From Deltaproteobacteria bacterium (lineage in GTDB: Bacteria; Desulfobacterota_D; UBA1144; Nemesobacterales; UBA2774): a stretch of DNA of 64,000 bases. The stretch covers positions 106,534 to 170,533 of the forward strand of contig JAVKFU010000015.1 of NCBI GenBank assembly GCA_040223695.1, in the 5' to 3' direction. Every line of letters begins with the position of its first letter. Within the stretch, counting starts at the first letter, position 1. The notes beneath the pieces were generated by a model that saw only the letters and a list, made by a program, of their open reading frames with translations, searched no databases and was not told the DNA's origin. Positions 40,854 through 50,219 of this stretch are shown piece after piece. A program made the position numbers and the translations under genes.

Positions 40854-40931
40854 ACTTCCCGAAGTTTTGTAGTACTACTCGCTCGGATAAAGTAGAGCTC
40901 GCTTTAGCTTATTTTACTTGCCGGTTAAAAG

Positions 40932-42110
40932 TTACGTTCTGTACTGAGCGTTTATTTTCAGATACTCAAACGTAATATCGCTCGTGATTACAAAGGAGCT
41001 TGCCCTGCCTGATTTGAGGTCGAGCGTAATCGTAAATTCTGGCTTCTTCATAACCCGCTCAGCCTTTTTCTCGTCCATCACATCCCTCGAGTTGCTGAGA
41101 ACCTTCAGGTCCCCGAAATATAGGTCGATTTTATCGGGATTGAAGCTAACCCCAGCTCTGCCCGCAGCGGCTACAATCCTCCCCCAGTTGGGGTCTTCGC
41201 CGTAAAAAGCGCTTTTCACGAGAAGTGAGGTTCCAAGAGTGCGCGCCATGCTCTCTGCGTCTTTTTCGTTATTTGCGCCTTTGACCACAATCTTAACCGT
41301 CTTCGTAGCCCCTTCTCCGTCTTTGACTATCATCCTCGCGACCTCGGTCGATGCTTCGGTGACGGCCTGCTCGAACTTCCTGTATTCCGCCCCGCTTTCA
41401 TTTACAGCCCGGTTTCCGAGCTTGCCGCTTGATAGCATCAGAACCGTGTCGTTAGTCGACGTGTCGCCGTCCACAATTATTTTATTGAAGGAGTTCCGGA
41501 CGGCATTCCTGAGAGCCTTTGACAATGCCCTCTTCCCGACATTTATATCCGTAAGCACATACGCCAGCATGGTCGCCATATTGGGCATAATCATCCCCGC
41601 GCCCTTGCCTATTACTGCGATAGTTCCGGTTTTGCCGCCGACTTTCAGCTTTATTGATGCGTATTTTGGAAACGCGTCTGTTGTCATTATCGCTTCTGCC
41701 GTATCCACGAATCCGTCTTCCCTGAGCTCGGAGACTAGCCCGGGCAGGGCCTTCTTTATCTTGTCTGTAGGGAGGGGGCCTCCTATAAGCCCTGTGGACG
41801 AGGGTATGACCAGGTTCTCGTCTATTCCCAGTTTTTCTGCTACGTAACGCGAGGTTGCAATCGCGTCCCTCATTCCCCTTTTTCCGGTAAACGCGTTTGC
41901 CACTCCGCTGTTTACGAGTACCGCCTGACAGTATCCGCTTTTGATGCGTTCCATTCCGAGGACCACAGGGGGCGCCTTGACTATGTTCAGAGTAAAGACT
42001 CCCGCCGCCTTCGCGGGGGTTTCCGAGAATATCAAAGCGAGGTCTTTCCTGCCGTTCTTTTTAATACCTGAAGAAACCCCGCTTCCCAGAAATCCGGGAA
42101 CTTTTGTCAT
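40932..42110 (-). CDS. argJ: Bifunctional glutamate N-acetyltransferase/amino-acid N-acetyltransferase ArgJ.
   Basis: ArgJ family blocks (FLGSGVSSGIKKNGRKDLALIFS and the ATMLAYVLTD autoprocessing site). The start is at the ATG overlapping the recO stop. The upstream 62 codons in the ORF track are spurious. Confidence 0.85.
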   Translation of the reverse strand: MTKVPGFLGSGVSSGIKKNGRKDLALIFSETPAKAAGVFTLNIVKAPPVVLGMERIKSGYCQAVLVNSGVANAFTGKRGMRDAIATSRYVAEKLGIDENLVIPSSTGLIGGPLPTDKIKKALPGLVSELREDGFVDTAEAIMTTDAFPKYASIKLKVGGKTGTIAVIGKGAGMIMPNMATMLAYVLTDINVGKRALSKALRNAVRNSFNKIIVDGDTSTNDTVLMLSSGKLGNRAVNESGAEYRKFEQAVTEASTEVARMIVKDGEGATKTVKIVVKGANNEKDAESMARTLGTSLLVKSAFYGEDPNWGRIVAAAGRAGVSFNPDKIDLYFGDLKVLSNSRDVMDEKKAERVMKKPEFTITLDLKSGRASSFVITSDITFEYLKINAQYRT

Positions 42111-42814
42111 ATTGTTAACTCCTCTATGAATTTTGATGATTTCAATTCCTTTTCCGTATGGAATTCTGTGAATTTTGTAAACAGCTTTATGTACTTTAGG
42201 ACTTTTGCGAGGTGTATTTCCATAGTCGCTCTGTCGCTCAGGAATTCCCTTGATACACGGAATCCGTTTTGCGCTCCGCCTGTGCAGTCCCCGCATATTA
42301 CGCCGCCCTTACTCAGGCTAAACAGGGCATCCCCCTCTATCTGTTTTCCGCATTCTGCGCATATTCCGAGGTTGGGTTCGTATCCCGATATTGTAAGCGC
42401 TTTCAGCTGGAATGAAAGAACGGCCGGGAGAATACTTTTTCCGGAGTCGAGTTCGCTCAGGGTTTCAACCAGAAGCTCGAACAGCTCTTCCGCGGGAGAC
42501 TCGTCGGGCAGCAGGCTGTCGACCGTCTCGAGTATAAAACTGCCCCAGAGAAAGAGTTCTATATTCTCCATGAGATGATGGAATACCCTTACTGTCTCTG
42601 CATCTTCTACGAATCGCATATCCCTCGATTTGTCCCTGAATCTGACCCGAAAGCACACGAAAGGTTCAAGCCTTCCGCCGAAGCGCTTTTTACTCCTTTT
42701 CGCGTTTTTTGCAAAACCCCTGATTTTCCCGAAATCCCGAGTGAAGAGGGTGATTATATAGTCTGCGTCACCGTGGAGGGTTTTACGGATCAAGAAAGCC
42801 TCTGTGCTGTTCAT
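42107..42814 (-). CDS. recO: DNA repair protein RecO.
   Basis: N-terminal OB-fold block (EAFLIRKTLHGDADYIITLFTRDFGKIRGFAKN) and a C4 zinc finger (CAECGKQ...CGDC). Confidence 0.8.
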   Translation of the reverse strand: MNSTEAFLIRKTLHGDADYIITLFTRDFGKIRGFAKNAKRSKKRFGGRLEPFVCFRVRFRDKSRDMRFVEDAETVRVFHHLMENIELFLWGSFILETVDSLLPDESPAEELFELLVETLSELDSGKSILPAVLSFQLKALTISGYEPNLGICAECGKQIEGDALFSLSKGGVICGDCTGGAQNGFRVSREFLSDRATMEIHLAKVLKYIKLFTKFTEFHTEKELKSSKFIEELTI

Positions 42815-43010
42815 GATGCGGATATTATTACTAAAAAAGCGGTCTTTAGCGAATTATTGGAACCGGGAATTCCATTGCTCTTTCATATATAAGGCTGTAT
42901 TTATCAGGACTCGACGGATATTTTTACTAGGGGAATGGAACTGCGTATTTTATAATACTATTTTATGATTTGAATTTCTCGCGGATTATGAGGGTGATGG
43001 AATCTGAATT

Positions 43011-44468
43011 ATGGGGGTGTTTTATATGTTGAAGCCAAGTTTTACTGCCTGCAAAAGGCTCGTTTTATTACTCGTATCCGCTGGTATCCTGACGTTTATT
43101 CCGTTCGGACCGGAGTTGATCCGGGAGTCGCGAGCCGCGGATAATTACAGCGCCGCCGAAAAGGTATATTTGAAAAACATTACGCCCGGCCTGTACGAGT
43201 TCTCACAAATAGCAGCCCTGGTGAGCGAATCGATTCTCACGCTTCAGTCGTCTCCCGCCGAAGAGTGCGAGGGGCAATTTGCGTATTACGGAGGATTGGT
43301 CAGTTCGCTCAAAAAACAGCTGGGCACTGTGAGCGCGCCGCCGAGAATGGAATCAGTACACCGGGACTCTCTACAATCCCTTGCCGATTACGAGACGGGG
43401 CTCATACTTTACGGGGAGGCCTGTGTCGAGGAAGATTACGGAATGAAAGAGGGCCTGGTGAGCCGCGGAGGGGATTATATAAACGATTCTGTGGGAAGAA
43501 TTGGCAGGGTCTATGCTGAAATCGACAATTTGAAAACCGCTCAAGTGCCACGAAGTCAGGATCAAGCTGTGGTGGAAGACGGGGCTGATTTTGAAGAGAC
43601 CCTAAGTGCCGGGACCGGGACCGGTGTTTCGGAGAAGGATGAGACAGCCGCTTATATAAAAACAAGGGAAGAGGTAATAGACGAGATTTCCCGGCGAGTG
43701 GAGACGGAAAAGGATACATCTACTGCCGCCGAACCGGTATCTTCTGGGCATGAACGTACTGTTCCTGAAACTACCGCGTCCGAGTACTCACGGTCGAAAA
43801 CTGCGACGCCTGAAGCTGCCGTTCCGCCTGTCAAGCCTCGGGAGACCGGTGCGCGGGAGGTAGCTCCGCCTGCCCCTGAGCCTGTTGTGGATGACGCGGA
43901 TGAAAAAACCGGAAGCAAGGTCGAGAGTGAGGACTTGGCACAGAAAGAGGACATGGAGTCCAATCGGAAAGAAAATATGGCCGGAGAGGAAAAGACGAAT
44001 GACGAAACGGAGAGAATAGAAAAGATTGAAAAGATGAATCAGGCAATAATGCAGAGGGGGACGGAAAGCCAGGAAATACCGGAAGGAAGAGTTAAGGAGC
44101 GCGAAGCTCCCGCTTCAGGCGTGAATAGATCTGCCGCCCCCGAGATTGCCGCCGCCGGGCCCGAGACTCTGGAGCGTGGACAATCCGGAACACCTGCTCC
44201 TCCCGATGAAATAAAATCGTGGTGCGCGTCGAAAGTGTATTCTGAGGAAGAAATGGCGAATTGTATCAGGCGCCGTACGGAGGCTAAGGAGAATGTCGAA
44301 CGTATGGTTAAAGCTTCCCCTGACGGAACCGAGAGAAGGAAAATCCTTGAAAAGTGTAAGTCCGACTGGAAGGAGGGGGATACTTACAACTATGATATGG
44401 TCCTGTCATGCGTGCAATTCTTCTGTGCCCGGAAGGGAATAGATAGTTGTGAGCAAATGGCGAGATAA
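43011..44468 (+). CDS. Secreted protein of unknown function, long paralog of 33199..33999 with an expanded E/K/A/P-rich linker.
   Basis: Shares the N-terminal block (EKVYLKNITPGLYE...APPRM...ADYETGLILYGEAC) and the C-terminal Cys block (WCASKVYSEEEMANC....GDTYNYDMVLSC) with 33199..33999. A Sec-type signal is present. Confidence 0.6.
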   Translation: MGVFYMLKPSFTACKRLVLLLVSAGILTFIPFGPELIRESRAADNYSAAEKVYLKNITPGLYEFSQIAALVSESILTLQSSPAEECEGQFAYYGGLVSSLKKQLGTVSAPPRMESVHRDSLQSLADYETGLILYGEACVEEDYGMKEGLVSRGGDYINDSVGRIGRVYAEIDNLKTAQVPRSQDQAVVEDGADFEETLSAGTGTGVSEKDETAAYIKTREEVIDEISRRVETEKDTSTAAEPVSSGHERTVPETTASEYSRSKTATPEAAVPPVKPRETGAREVAPPAPEPVVDDADEKTGSKVESEDLAQKEDMESNRKENMAGEEKTNDETERIEKIEKMNQAIMQRGTESQEIPEGRVKEREAPASGVNRSAAPEIAAAGPETLERGQSGTPAPPDEIKSWCASKVYSEEEMANCIRRRTEAKENVERMVKASPDGTERRKILEKCKSDWKEGDTYNYDMVLSCVQFFCARKGIDSCEQMAR

Positions 44469-44488
44469 GTTCTCCGTTTATAAGAGGG

Positions 44489-44974
44489 TCAATCGGTTCC
44501 GACGGCGTGCTCAAGACAGCTCCGCAGCATGACCATTTGATCGTACGCCAGTTTCTGACCGGCAAGAGCAAGACCGTAAGCCGCCGCTAACAAGACTACC
44601 GAAGCCGGAACGAGCCAGAATCCGTATGCGTTCATGCCTAGATACCACTGGCAGAGTCCGAGGATGAGGCCAGCTAATCCTAAAAGGACCGCGAGGCCGT
44701 AAAAAGCGGCGAACATCGTCCATACCACCGGGCGCGGCCCGAGCACGCATCTGATGACTGTATCACCGTCTTCCTCCTCAAATTCGAGACCCAGTTCAGG
44801 GGACCAGAAGTGCAGGTCCTCTTTCCTTACGCCGATAACAACAACGGGTTTGACGAACTTTCCCCTGCATTCGGAGTCCGGCTCTTGCAGTTCATTCTTT
44901 AGCCTTCTTATTGCCTCTTGTTTCCCGTACGGAACCGACAACGTAAATCTGGGACGGATTTCGACTTTATTCAT
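44489..44974 (-). CDS. Hypothetical membrane protein (soluble N-domain plus 2 TM helices).
   Basis: ORF with a hydrophobic C-terminal half. No recognisable family. Confidence 0.35.
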   Translation of the reverse strand: MNKVEIRPRFTLSVPYGKQEAIRRLKNELQEPDSECRGKFVKPVVVIGVRKEDLHFWSPELGLEFEEEDGDTVIRCVLGPRPVVWTMFAAFYGLAVLLGLAGLILGLCQWYLGMNAYGFWLVPASVVLLAAAYGLALAGQKLAYDQMVMLRSCLEHAVGTD

Positions 44975-45058
44975 TTATAAGGATGTAAAAATATGTAATG
45001 AAACTATATTAGTATAATAAGCTTAAGAGAGTCAACAGATTTACGGTCACAGGGAAAA

Positions 45059-46411
45059 TCAAAAAATCAGCATCGCGATAAAGAGGTAGAACACCGAGCC
45101 GAATATATCGTTGAACATCGTGAGGAACGGGCCTGACGCGGCCGCGGGATCGAATTTAAGTTTGTGCAGGGTTAAGGGCGCCGCGACTCCGATAAAAGAA
45201 GTCGCTATCGTGGCCGAGACCATAGCGATAAAAACGGCGCCGGCGATTTTTATAACCTCGGGCTGACCGTAACTGATGAGCGCTCCTATTATGGCCGCAA
45301 TTATCCCGCAGATTATTCCCAAAGCCAGTCCGACTTTAACCTCCGACAATACAATTTTGATTATCTGCTTGAAGTTTATGGTTCCCATCCCGAGGCTTCT
45401 TATGACTATAGTAGTTGTCTGAAGCCCCACGTTCCCGCCGGTAGCCATTATAGCGGGCATGAAAGCCGCCAGAATCGCCACTTTCTGGAGAGTCGGCTCG
45501 AATGCGTAGACGATGATGAAAGCTATGAATAGCTCTCCCACGAGTGTCAGCAGGAGCCATGGAGTTCTCAGTTTTATCCGGGTTCTCGTGGGTGTGTATA
45601 CGGGGTGGAGCGTTTCTCCTACCCCAGCCATCTGCAGCATATCCTCTGACGCCTCCTCGGTCAGCACGTCCAGAATGTCGTCGGCTGTAATCCTTCCCAG
45701 CAGTATTCCCTTGTTGTCGATAACAGGCACCGAGAGTATGTCGTATTTCTGGAATATATCCGCAACTTCCTCCTGGTCCATATAGGGCGGGACCGTAACT
45801 TCAACGGGTTCCATAATATTGATCACCCCGGAGTTCGGAGTAGCCAGTACCAGCTTGCTGAGGGATATCTGTCCGAGCAGCCTGTCGTTATCATCGGTAA
45901 CGAATATAAGATGGAAGTCCTCGACCTCATCCGCGATTAACCTTATCCAGTTGATTGTGTCTGTAACGGTGAATTTTTCATTGACCTTCACAAGCTCGGT
46001 CTGCATAATGCCGCCGGCCGAGTCGTCCGGGTACTTGAGCAGCGGCTCTACTTCCTTCAGCTCCTCGGGGTCCATTCTGGAAAGAACGCTGCTCGCTGTT
46101 TGTTCGGGGAGTTCTCCAAGCAGGTCCGCGGCGTCGTCGGAATCCATCTCCTCGACTATGTCGGCGATCTTGTCCGCGTCCAGTTCCCCCAGGATTTCCT
46201 CTCTTTGCTCGGGTTCCAGCTCGAGAATTACTTCCGAAGCCGTATCGTTATCAAGGGCCCCCAGTATTTTTTGATAATCTTCGGGCTCCAGTGACTGTAG
46301 GATTCCCGCTATTTCGGACGGATGAACGGTGGACAACGTGGCCCTTATATCCTCAAATCTGCCCTCGTTAAGGTCGTTAAAAATTCTTTCGGCAAGCTTG
46401 GGATCGGGCAT
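45059..46411 (-). CDS. mgtE: Magnesium transporter MgtE.
   Basis: MgtE_N acidic domain, tandem CBS domains and a C-terminal 5-TM MgtE channel domain. Confidence 0.85.
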   Translation of the reverse strand: MPDPKLAERIFNDLNEGRFEDIRATLSTVHPSEIAGILQSLEPEDYQKILGALDNDTASEVILELEPEQREEILGELDADKIADIVEEMDSDDAADLLGELPEQTASSVLSRMDPEELKEVEPLLKYPDDSAGGIMQTELVKVNEKFTVTDTINWIRLIADEVEDFHLIFVTDDNDRLLGQISLSKLVLATPNSGVINIMEPVEVTVPPYMDQEEVADIFQKYDILSVPVIDNKGILLGRITADDILDVLTEEASEDMLQMAGVGETLHPVYTPTRTRIKLRTPWLLLTLVGELFIAFIIVYAFEPTLQKVAILAAFMPAIMATGGNVGLQTTTIVIRSLGMGTINFKQIIKIVLSEVKVGLALGIICGIIAAIIGALISYGQPEVIKIAGAVFIAMVSATIATSFIGVAAPLTLHKLKFDPAAASGPFLTMFNDIFGSVFYLFIAMLIF

Positions 46412-46512
46412 AACCTTTTCACTCCGGGAGGATTATTCGGGTTATTGTATAGAAGAGGAATTAAAAGTAAAGTACACTGAAATCCCAGTTCTGAAAATTC
46501 GTAAGGCAACGA

Positions 46513-47355
46513 ATGGAAAAACTTAAAGACTTCGGAAATTTTATAAAATTCGAGCACACCCTTTTTTCTCTCCCCCTTATTTTTGCCGGAGCATTTCTGG
46601 CGTGGGGCGGGCTGCCCGGCGTGAGACTCCTCGTGTTAATTATATTCGCGGGAACGGGGGCGCGTACCGCGGCGCTTGCGGTAAACAGGATTATCGACAG
46701 AAAAATAGACGCCCTCAATCCCAGGACAAAGGACAGGGAATTGCCGGCTGGAAAGATAAGCCTGTTAAATGCCTACGCCATAACCCTGGCCGGTCTTATC
46801 GTTTATTTTCTCTCCGCCTATTTGATTTGCGACTTCGTTTTATTCCTTTCCCCCATTCCACTGCTCGTATTCATTCTTTACCCTCTGATGAAGCGCTTTA
46901 CGCCGCTCTGTCATTTCGGGGTGGGTCTCGGCCTTGCGCTCGCTCCCCTTGGTGGATGGGTAGCGGTAACATGCTCGTTTAAAAGCATATTTCCCGGTAT
47001 TGTGCTGTCGGTTTTCACATTCTTCTGGGTTTCGGGATTCGACATTATTTACGCGACACTCGATGAGGAGTTCGATAAAGGTAAGGGCATCAGCTCAATA
47101 GTTTCCGCGTACGGAAGGGACACGGGTCTCTTTATTTCGGGAATTCTCCATCAGGCCGCCTTCTTTTCGATCGCGTTTTTGTATTTCTACATGTTTAAAA
47201 CCATTTTCGCGGCGGTATTCCTTGCTCTGATAGGACTACTGCTCTTCCTGGAGCATAAAAAATCGGAGGATGTAGACCTGGCGTTTTTTAAAATCAACAT
47301 ACTGGTAGGGTTCGCCGTCTTCCTTTTTGTGCTCTCTGGGCTATACTTACCCTAG
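46513..47355 (+). CDS. UbiA-family aromatic prenyltransferase (MqnP-like, 1,4-dihydroxy-6-naphthoate polyprenyltransferase candidate).
   Basis: UbiA superfamily motifs (NRIIDRKIDALNPRTKDRELPAG, second Asp-rich motif YATLDEEFD). Clustered with ubiX/ubiD-like genes and a radical SAM gene. Confidence 0.7.
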   Translation: MEKLKDFGNFIKFEHTLFSLPLIFAGAFLAWGGLPGVRLLVLIIFAGTGARTAALAVNRIIDRKIDALNPRTKDRELPAGKISLLNAYAITLAGLIVYFLSAYLICDFVLFLSPIPLLVFILYPLMKRFTPLCHFGVGLGLALAPLGGWVAVTCSFKSIFPGIVLSVFTFFWVSGFDIIYATLDEEFDKGKGISSIVSAYGRDTGLFISGILHQAAFFSIAFLYFYMFKTIFAAVFLALIGLLLFLEHKKSEDVDLAFFKINILVGFAVFLFVLSGLYLP

Positions 47356-47357
47356 TA

Positions 47358-47909
47358 ATGCGCACTATAGTGGGATTTACCGGTGCTTCGGGCGTCGCTT
47401 ACGGTGTTGATTTCCTCAGAAGATGCCCTGAAGACAAATATCTGATAGCGAGCAAATGGGGAAAAAGGGTGCTCTACGAAGAACTCGGGCTCAAGACCGA
47501 GGAGCTCCGTCCCTGGGTGAACGATATATACAGCGATTCCGACCTGGGGGCGCCGTTTTCTTCGGGCAGCAATCATTTCGATTCCCTCGTGATTATACCG
47601 TGCTCCGTCTCCACGCTTGCCAAGATAGCAAACGGCATCGCAGATACCTTGATTACCAGGATAGCCCAGGTGGCTCTCAAAGAAAGGAGGAGGCTCGTGA
47701 TCGCCCTCAGGGAAACCCCTCTCAGCTCCATAGCGCTTGAGAACGCGCTCAAGCTTTCGAGGGAAGGGGCTGTGATTATGCCGATCAGTCCTCCCCATTA
47801 CATGAACGCCGAAAGCGTTGAGGGCCTGATAGAGGGCTATGTCGACAAGGTGCTTAATATTATCGGTGTCGAAACCGGAAACGGCTGGAAGCACGAGGAG
47901 CTTGAATAG
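47358..47909 (+). CDS. UbiX-family flavin prenyltransferase (MqnL-like).
   Basis: MRTIVGFTGASGVAYGVDFL flavoprotein start and conserved PCS.TLAKIANG block. Confidence 0.8.
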   Translation: MRTIVGFTGASGVAYGVDFLRRCPEDKYLIASKWGKRVLYEELGLKTEELRPWVNDIYSDSDLGAPFSSGSNHFDSLVIIPCSVSTLAKIANGIADTLITRIAQVALKERRRLVIALRETPLSSIALENALKLSREGAVIMPISPPHYMNAESVEGLIEGYVDKVLNIIGVETGNGWKHEELE

Positions 47910-47920
47910 CAAGAATTGAG

Positions 47921-48148
47921 GTGCTAAATATGAGAGAGCTACTTTCAGAAGCATTAAAGAAAATAGAAAAATTACCGCCTGACCTCCAGGATGAAATAGC
48001 AAAGCAGATAATGGATGACATCGAAAACGAGCGCAGGTGGAATGAAGCATTGGCCAGACCGCACCCGAAAATTGATAAGCCGGCGAAAAAGGCCTTGGAA
48101 GAATCTGAAGCCGGTAAAACCAAAAAATCGGGATTCGACGAATTGTGA
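47921..48148 (+). CDS. Putative type II antitoxin (addiction-module component).
   Basis: 75-aa acidic/helical protein (LSEALKKIEKLPPDLQDEIAKQIMDDIEN) with its own RBS. Immediately followed by a RelE/ParE-like toxin ORF. Confidence 0.5.
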   Translation: MLNMRELLSEALKKIEKLPPDLQDEIAKQIMDDIENERRWNEALARPHPKIDKPAKKALEESEAGKTKKSGFDEL

Positions 48149-48385
48149 AATCGGAGTTGACAGAAGATTTCATTAGATGTTTCAGGAATCTTCCCGAGAG
48201 AGTTAAACAGACAGCGCGAAAGAATTATAAGGTATGGAAAGATAATCCATACCATCCGGGTCTTGACAATCAGAGTAGGAATCGGATAGCGGGCTATGGG
48301 TGTTTTGAAGGTTGAAGAAAATACTGTGGTGTGGTTCTGGATAGGTTCTCACAGTCAATATGATAAGTTATTAAAGTCGCTGTAA
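48147..48385 (+). pseudogene. RelE/ParE-family toxin, frameshifted at a GGG run (48295-48297).
   Basis: GTG start overlapping the antitoxin stop. N-part ..RIAGYG then stop. Removing one G restores ..RIAGYGVLKVEENTVVWFWIGSHSQYDKLLKSL, the characteristic ParE/RelE-like C-terminus. Confidence 0.55.
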
Positions 48386-48443
48386 TTCTAAAACAACTGG
48401 ACCTTCGTCTTTATTTGAATCTCGAAAAGGTAAATGATTTAAT

Positions 48444-50219
48444 ATGTCCAAAAAGCAGTTCTACGATCTTCGGGAGTACATAAATTACCTTGAAGCCATA
48501 GGCGACCTCGTGCGCGTTAAGACCGAAGTGGACCCGATACTGGAGATAACCGAGATATCCTCGCGCGTCATTAAGGAGCGGGGCCCGGCCCTTATTTTCG
48601 AGAACGTTAAGGGCGCCGCGTATCCGCTTGCGATTAACCTCTTCGGCACTGAGGAGAGAGTCGAGCTCGCTCTCGGCAGAAAGCCGAGGGAAGTCGGCGA
48701 GGAGCTGGTCGAGCTCTTTCACAAGGTAAACCCGCCGTCCCTCAAATCATTTTTTTCTGTGCTTCCGAAGGCGTACGACCTTCTGTCCATGAGGACCAAA
48801 AAAGTAAAGCACGGAATCTCGCAGCAGATAGAGGAACGCCCGAATCTCGACAAGCTGCCAGTTATAAAATGCTGGCCGCTCGACGGCGGAAGATTTATCA
48901 CACTGGGGCTGGTTCTGACTCAGGATCCCGTGACGAACAGGAGAAACCTCGGGATTTACAGGCTTCAGATATACGATGAGAAAACCACCGGGATGCACTG
49001 GCATCCACACAAGGGCGGGGCCGCTCATTACCACGAAGCCGGAAAGACTGGCAAGGACCTCGAAGCCGCCGTTGTGCTGGGCGGCGACCCCAAGATGATA
49101 TTCACCGCAATTGCGCCCCTTCCCGAAGGCATGGACGAGCTCGCATTCGCGAGCTACCTGAGGGGTAAGCCGATACCTATGGTAAAGGCGAAGAGCCTAT
49201 CGCTTACGGTTCCGGCAAACGCCGAGTTCATTATCGAGGGCGTAGTGCCCCAGAACGAGCTCAGGGAGGAAGGCCCCTTCGGCGACCATTTCGGGCATTA
49301 TTCGATGGAGGCGGATTTCCCCGTATTTCACCTTAACGAAATAACACACAGGATTAATCCGATCTACCCCGCGACCGTAGTGGGCAAGCCGCCCAAGGAA
49401 GACGTCTTTTTGGGCATGGCTGCGGGGGATATGTTCTCTCCGCTCACAAGAATTATCCACCCGGAGGTCAGGGACATGTGGGCCTATCCGGAGGCGGGAT
49501 TTCACAACCTGCTCGTCGTTAGCGTGGACGAGCGTTACCCGAAGAACGGCATCAAGGCCATGCTTGCCCTGTGGGGCACGGGACAGCTCCTCCTGACCAA
49601 GGTAATGATTACGGTTTCAAGCGACGTCAACCCCAGGGACTGGGACGCCGTTCTTACCGAAATAGGAGAGAACTTCGACCCTGACGAGGATTTTCTGATG
49701 ATTCCCTGGGCCCCGCTCGATACGCTCGATTTTACGAGCGGCAAGCTCAATGTGGGAAGCAAGATGGGTATTAACGCTGTCAGAGAACAGGGCGCAGGAA
49801 GAAAGAAGAGGCAGGTTCCGGCGACGCTCCCCGATCCGAGGGAAAAGCATAAGGAGATTATCGACTGGAGGCTCCTTAAGGGCGGAATCCTCGCAATCAA
49901 GCTCGAGCAGGACCCCAAAGGTATGATAAACAAGATATTCAAAACCCCCGGGTATGAAGATGTCCGAATCATAGCAACCGTGAGCCCCGATATAGACATT
50001 CACGACAACACGGAGCTAATATGGGGTATATTTACCAGGTTCGACCCCTATCTGGACGTTATATTCGAGCGCACGGAGCTCAGAGGCTCCGCCGTCGTGT
50101 ACGGAGGCAGGATGGGGATAGATGCAACGATGAAAAACTGGTATCCTAAGGTAATTGAAATGTCTGAAGACGTAAAGGAGACGGTAACCGAAAGATGGAA
50201 CGAATACTGGAAGACGTAG
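48444..50219 (+). CDS. UbiD-family (prenylated-FMN-dependent) decarboxylase, MqnM-like.
   Basis: UbiD blocks (IFENVKGAAYPLAINLFGTEERV, CWPLDGGRFITLG, HKGGAAHYHE). Confidence 0.8.
   Translation: MSKKQFYDLREYINYLEAIGDLVRVKTEVDPILEITEISSRVIKERGPALIFENVKGAAYPLAINLFGTEERVELALGRKPREVGEELVELFHKVNPPSLKSFFSVLPKAYDLLSMRTKKVKHGISQQIEERPNLDKLPVIKCWPLDGGRFITLGLVLTQDPVTNRRNLGIYRLQIYDEKTTGMHWHPHKGGAAHYHEAGKTGKDLEAAVVLGGDPKMIFTAIAPLPEGMDELAFASYLRGKPIPMVKAKSLSLTVPANAEFIIEGVVPQNELREEGPFGDHFGHYSMEADFPVFHLNEITHRINPIYPATVVGKPPKEDVFLGMAAGDMFSPLTRIIHPEVRDMWAYPEAGFHNLLVVSVDERYPKNGIKAMLALWGTGQLLLTKVMITVSSDVNPRDWDAVLTEIGENFDPDEDFLMIPWAPLDTLDFTSGKLNVGSKMGINAVREQGAGRKKRQVPATLPDPREKHKEIIDWRLLKGGILAIKLEQDPKGMINKIFKTPGYEDVRIIATVSPDIDIHDNTELIWGIFTRFDPYLDVIFERTELRGSAVVYGGRMGIDATMKNWYPKVIEMSEDVKETVTERWNEYWKT

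Noticed and set aside
47352-48255. Long minus-strand ORFs (47352..48173, 47860..48255) overlapping the ubiX-like, antitoxin and toxin genes.
   Set aside because: They lie antisense to well-supported genes in a GC-rich region and have no recognisable motifs. They are typical antisense open frames.
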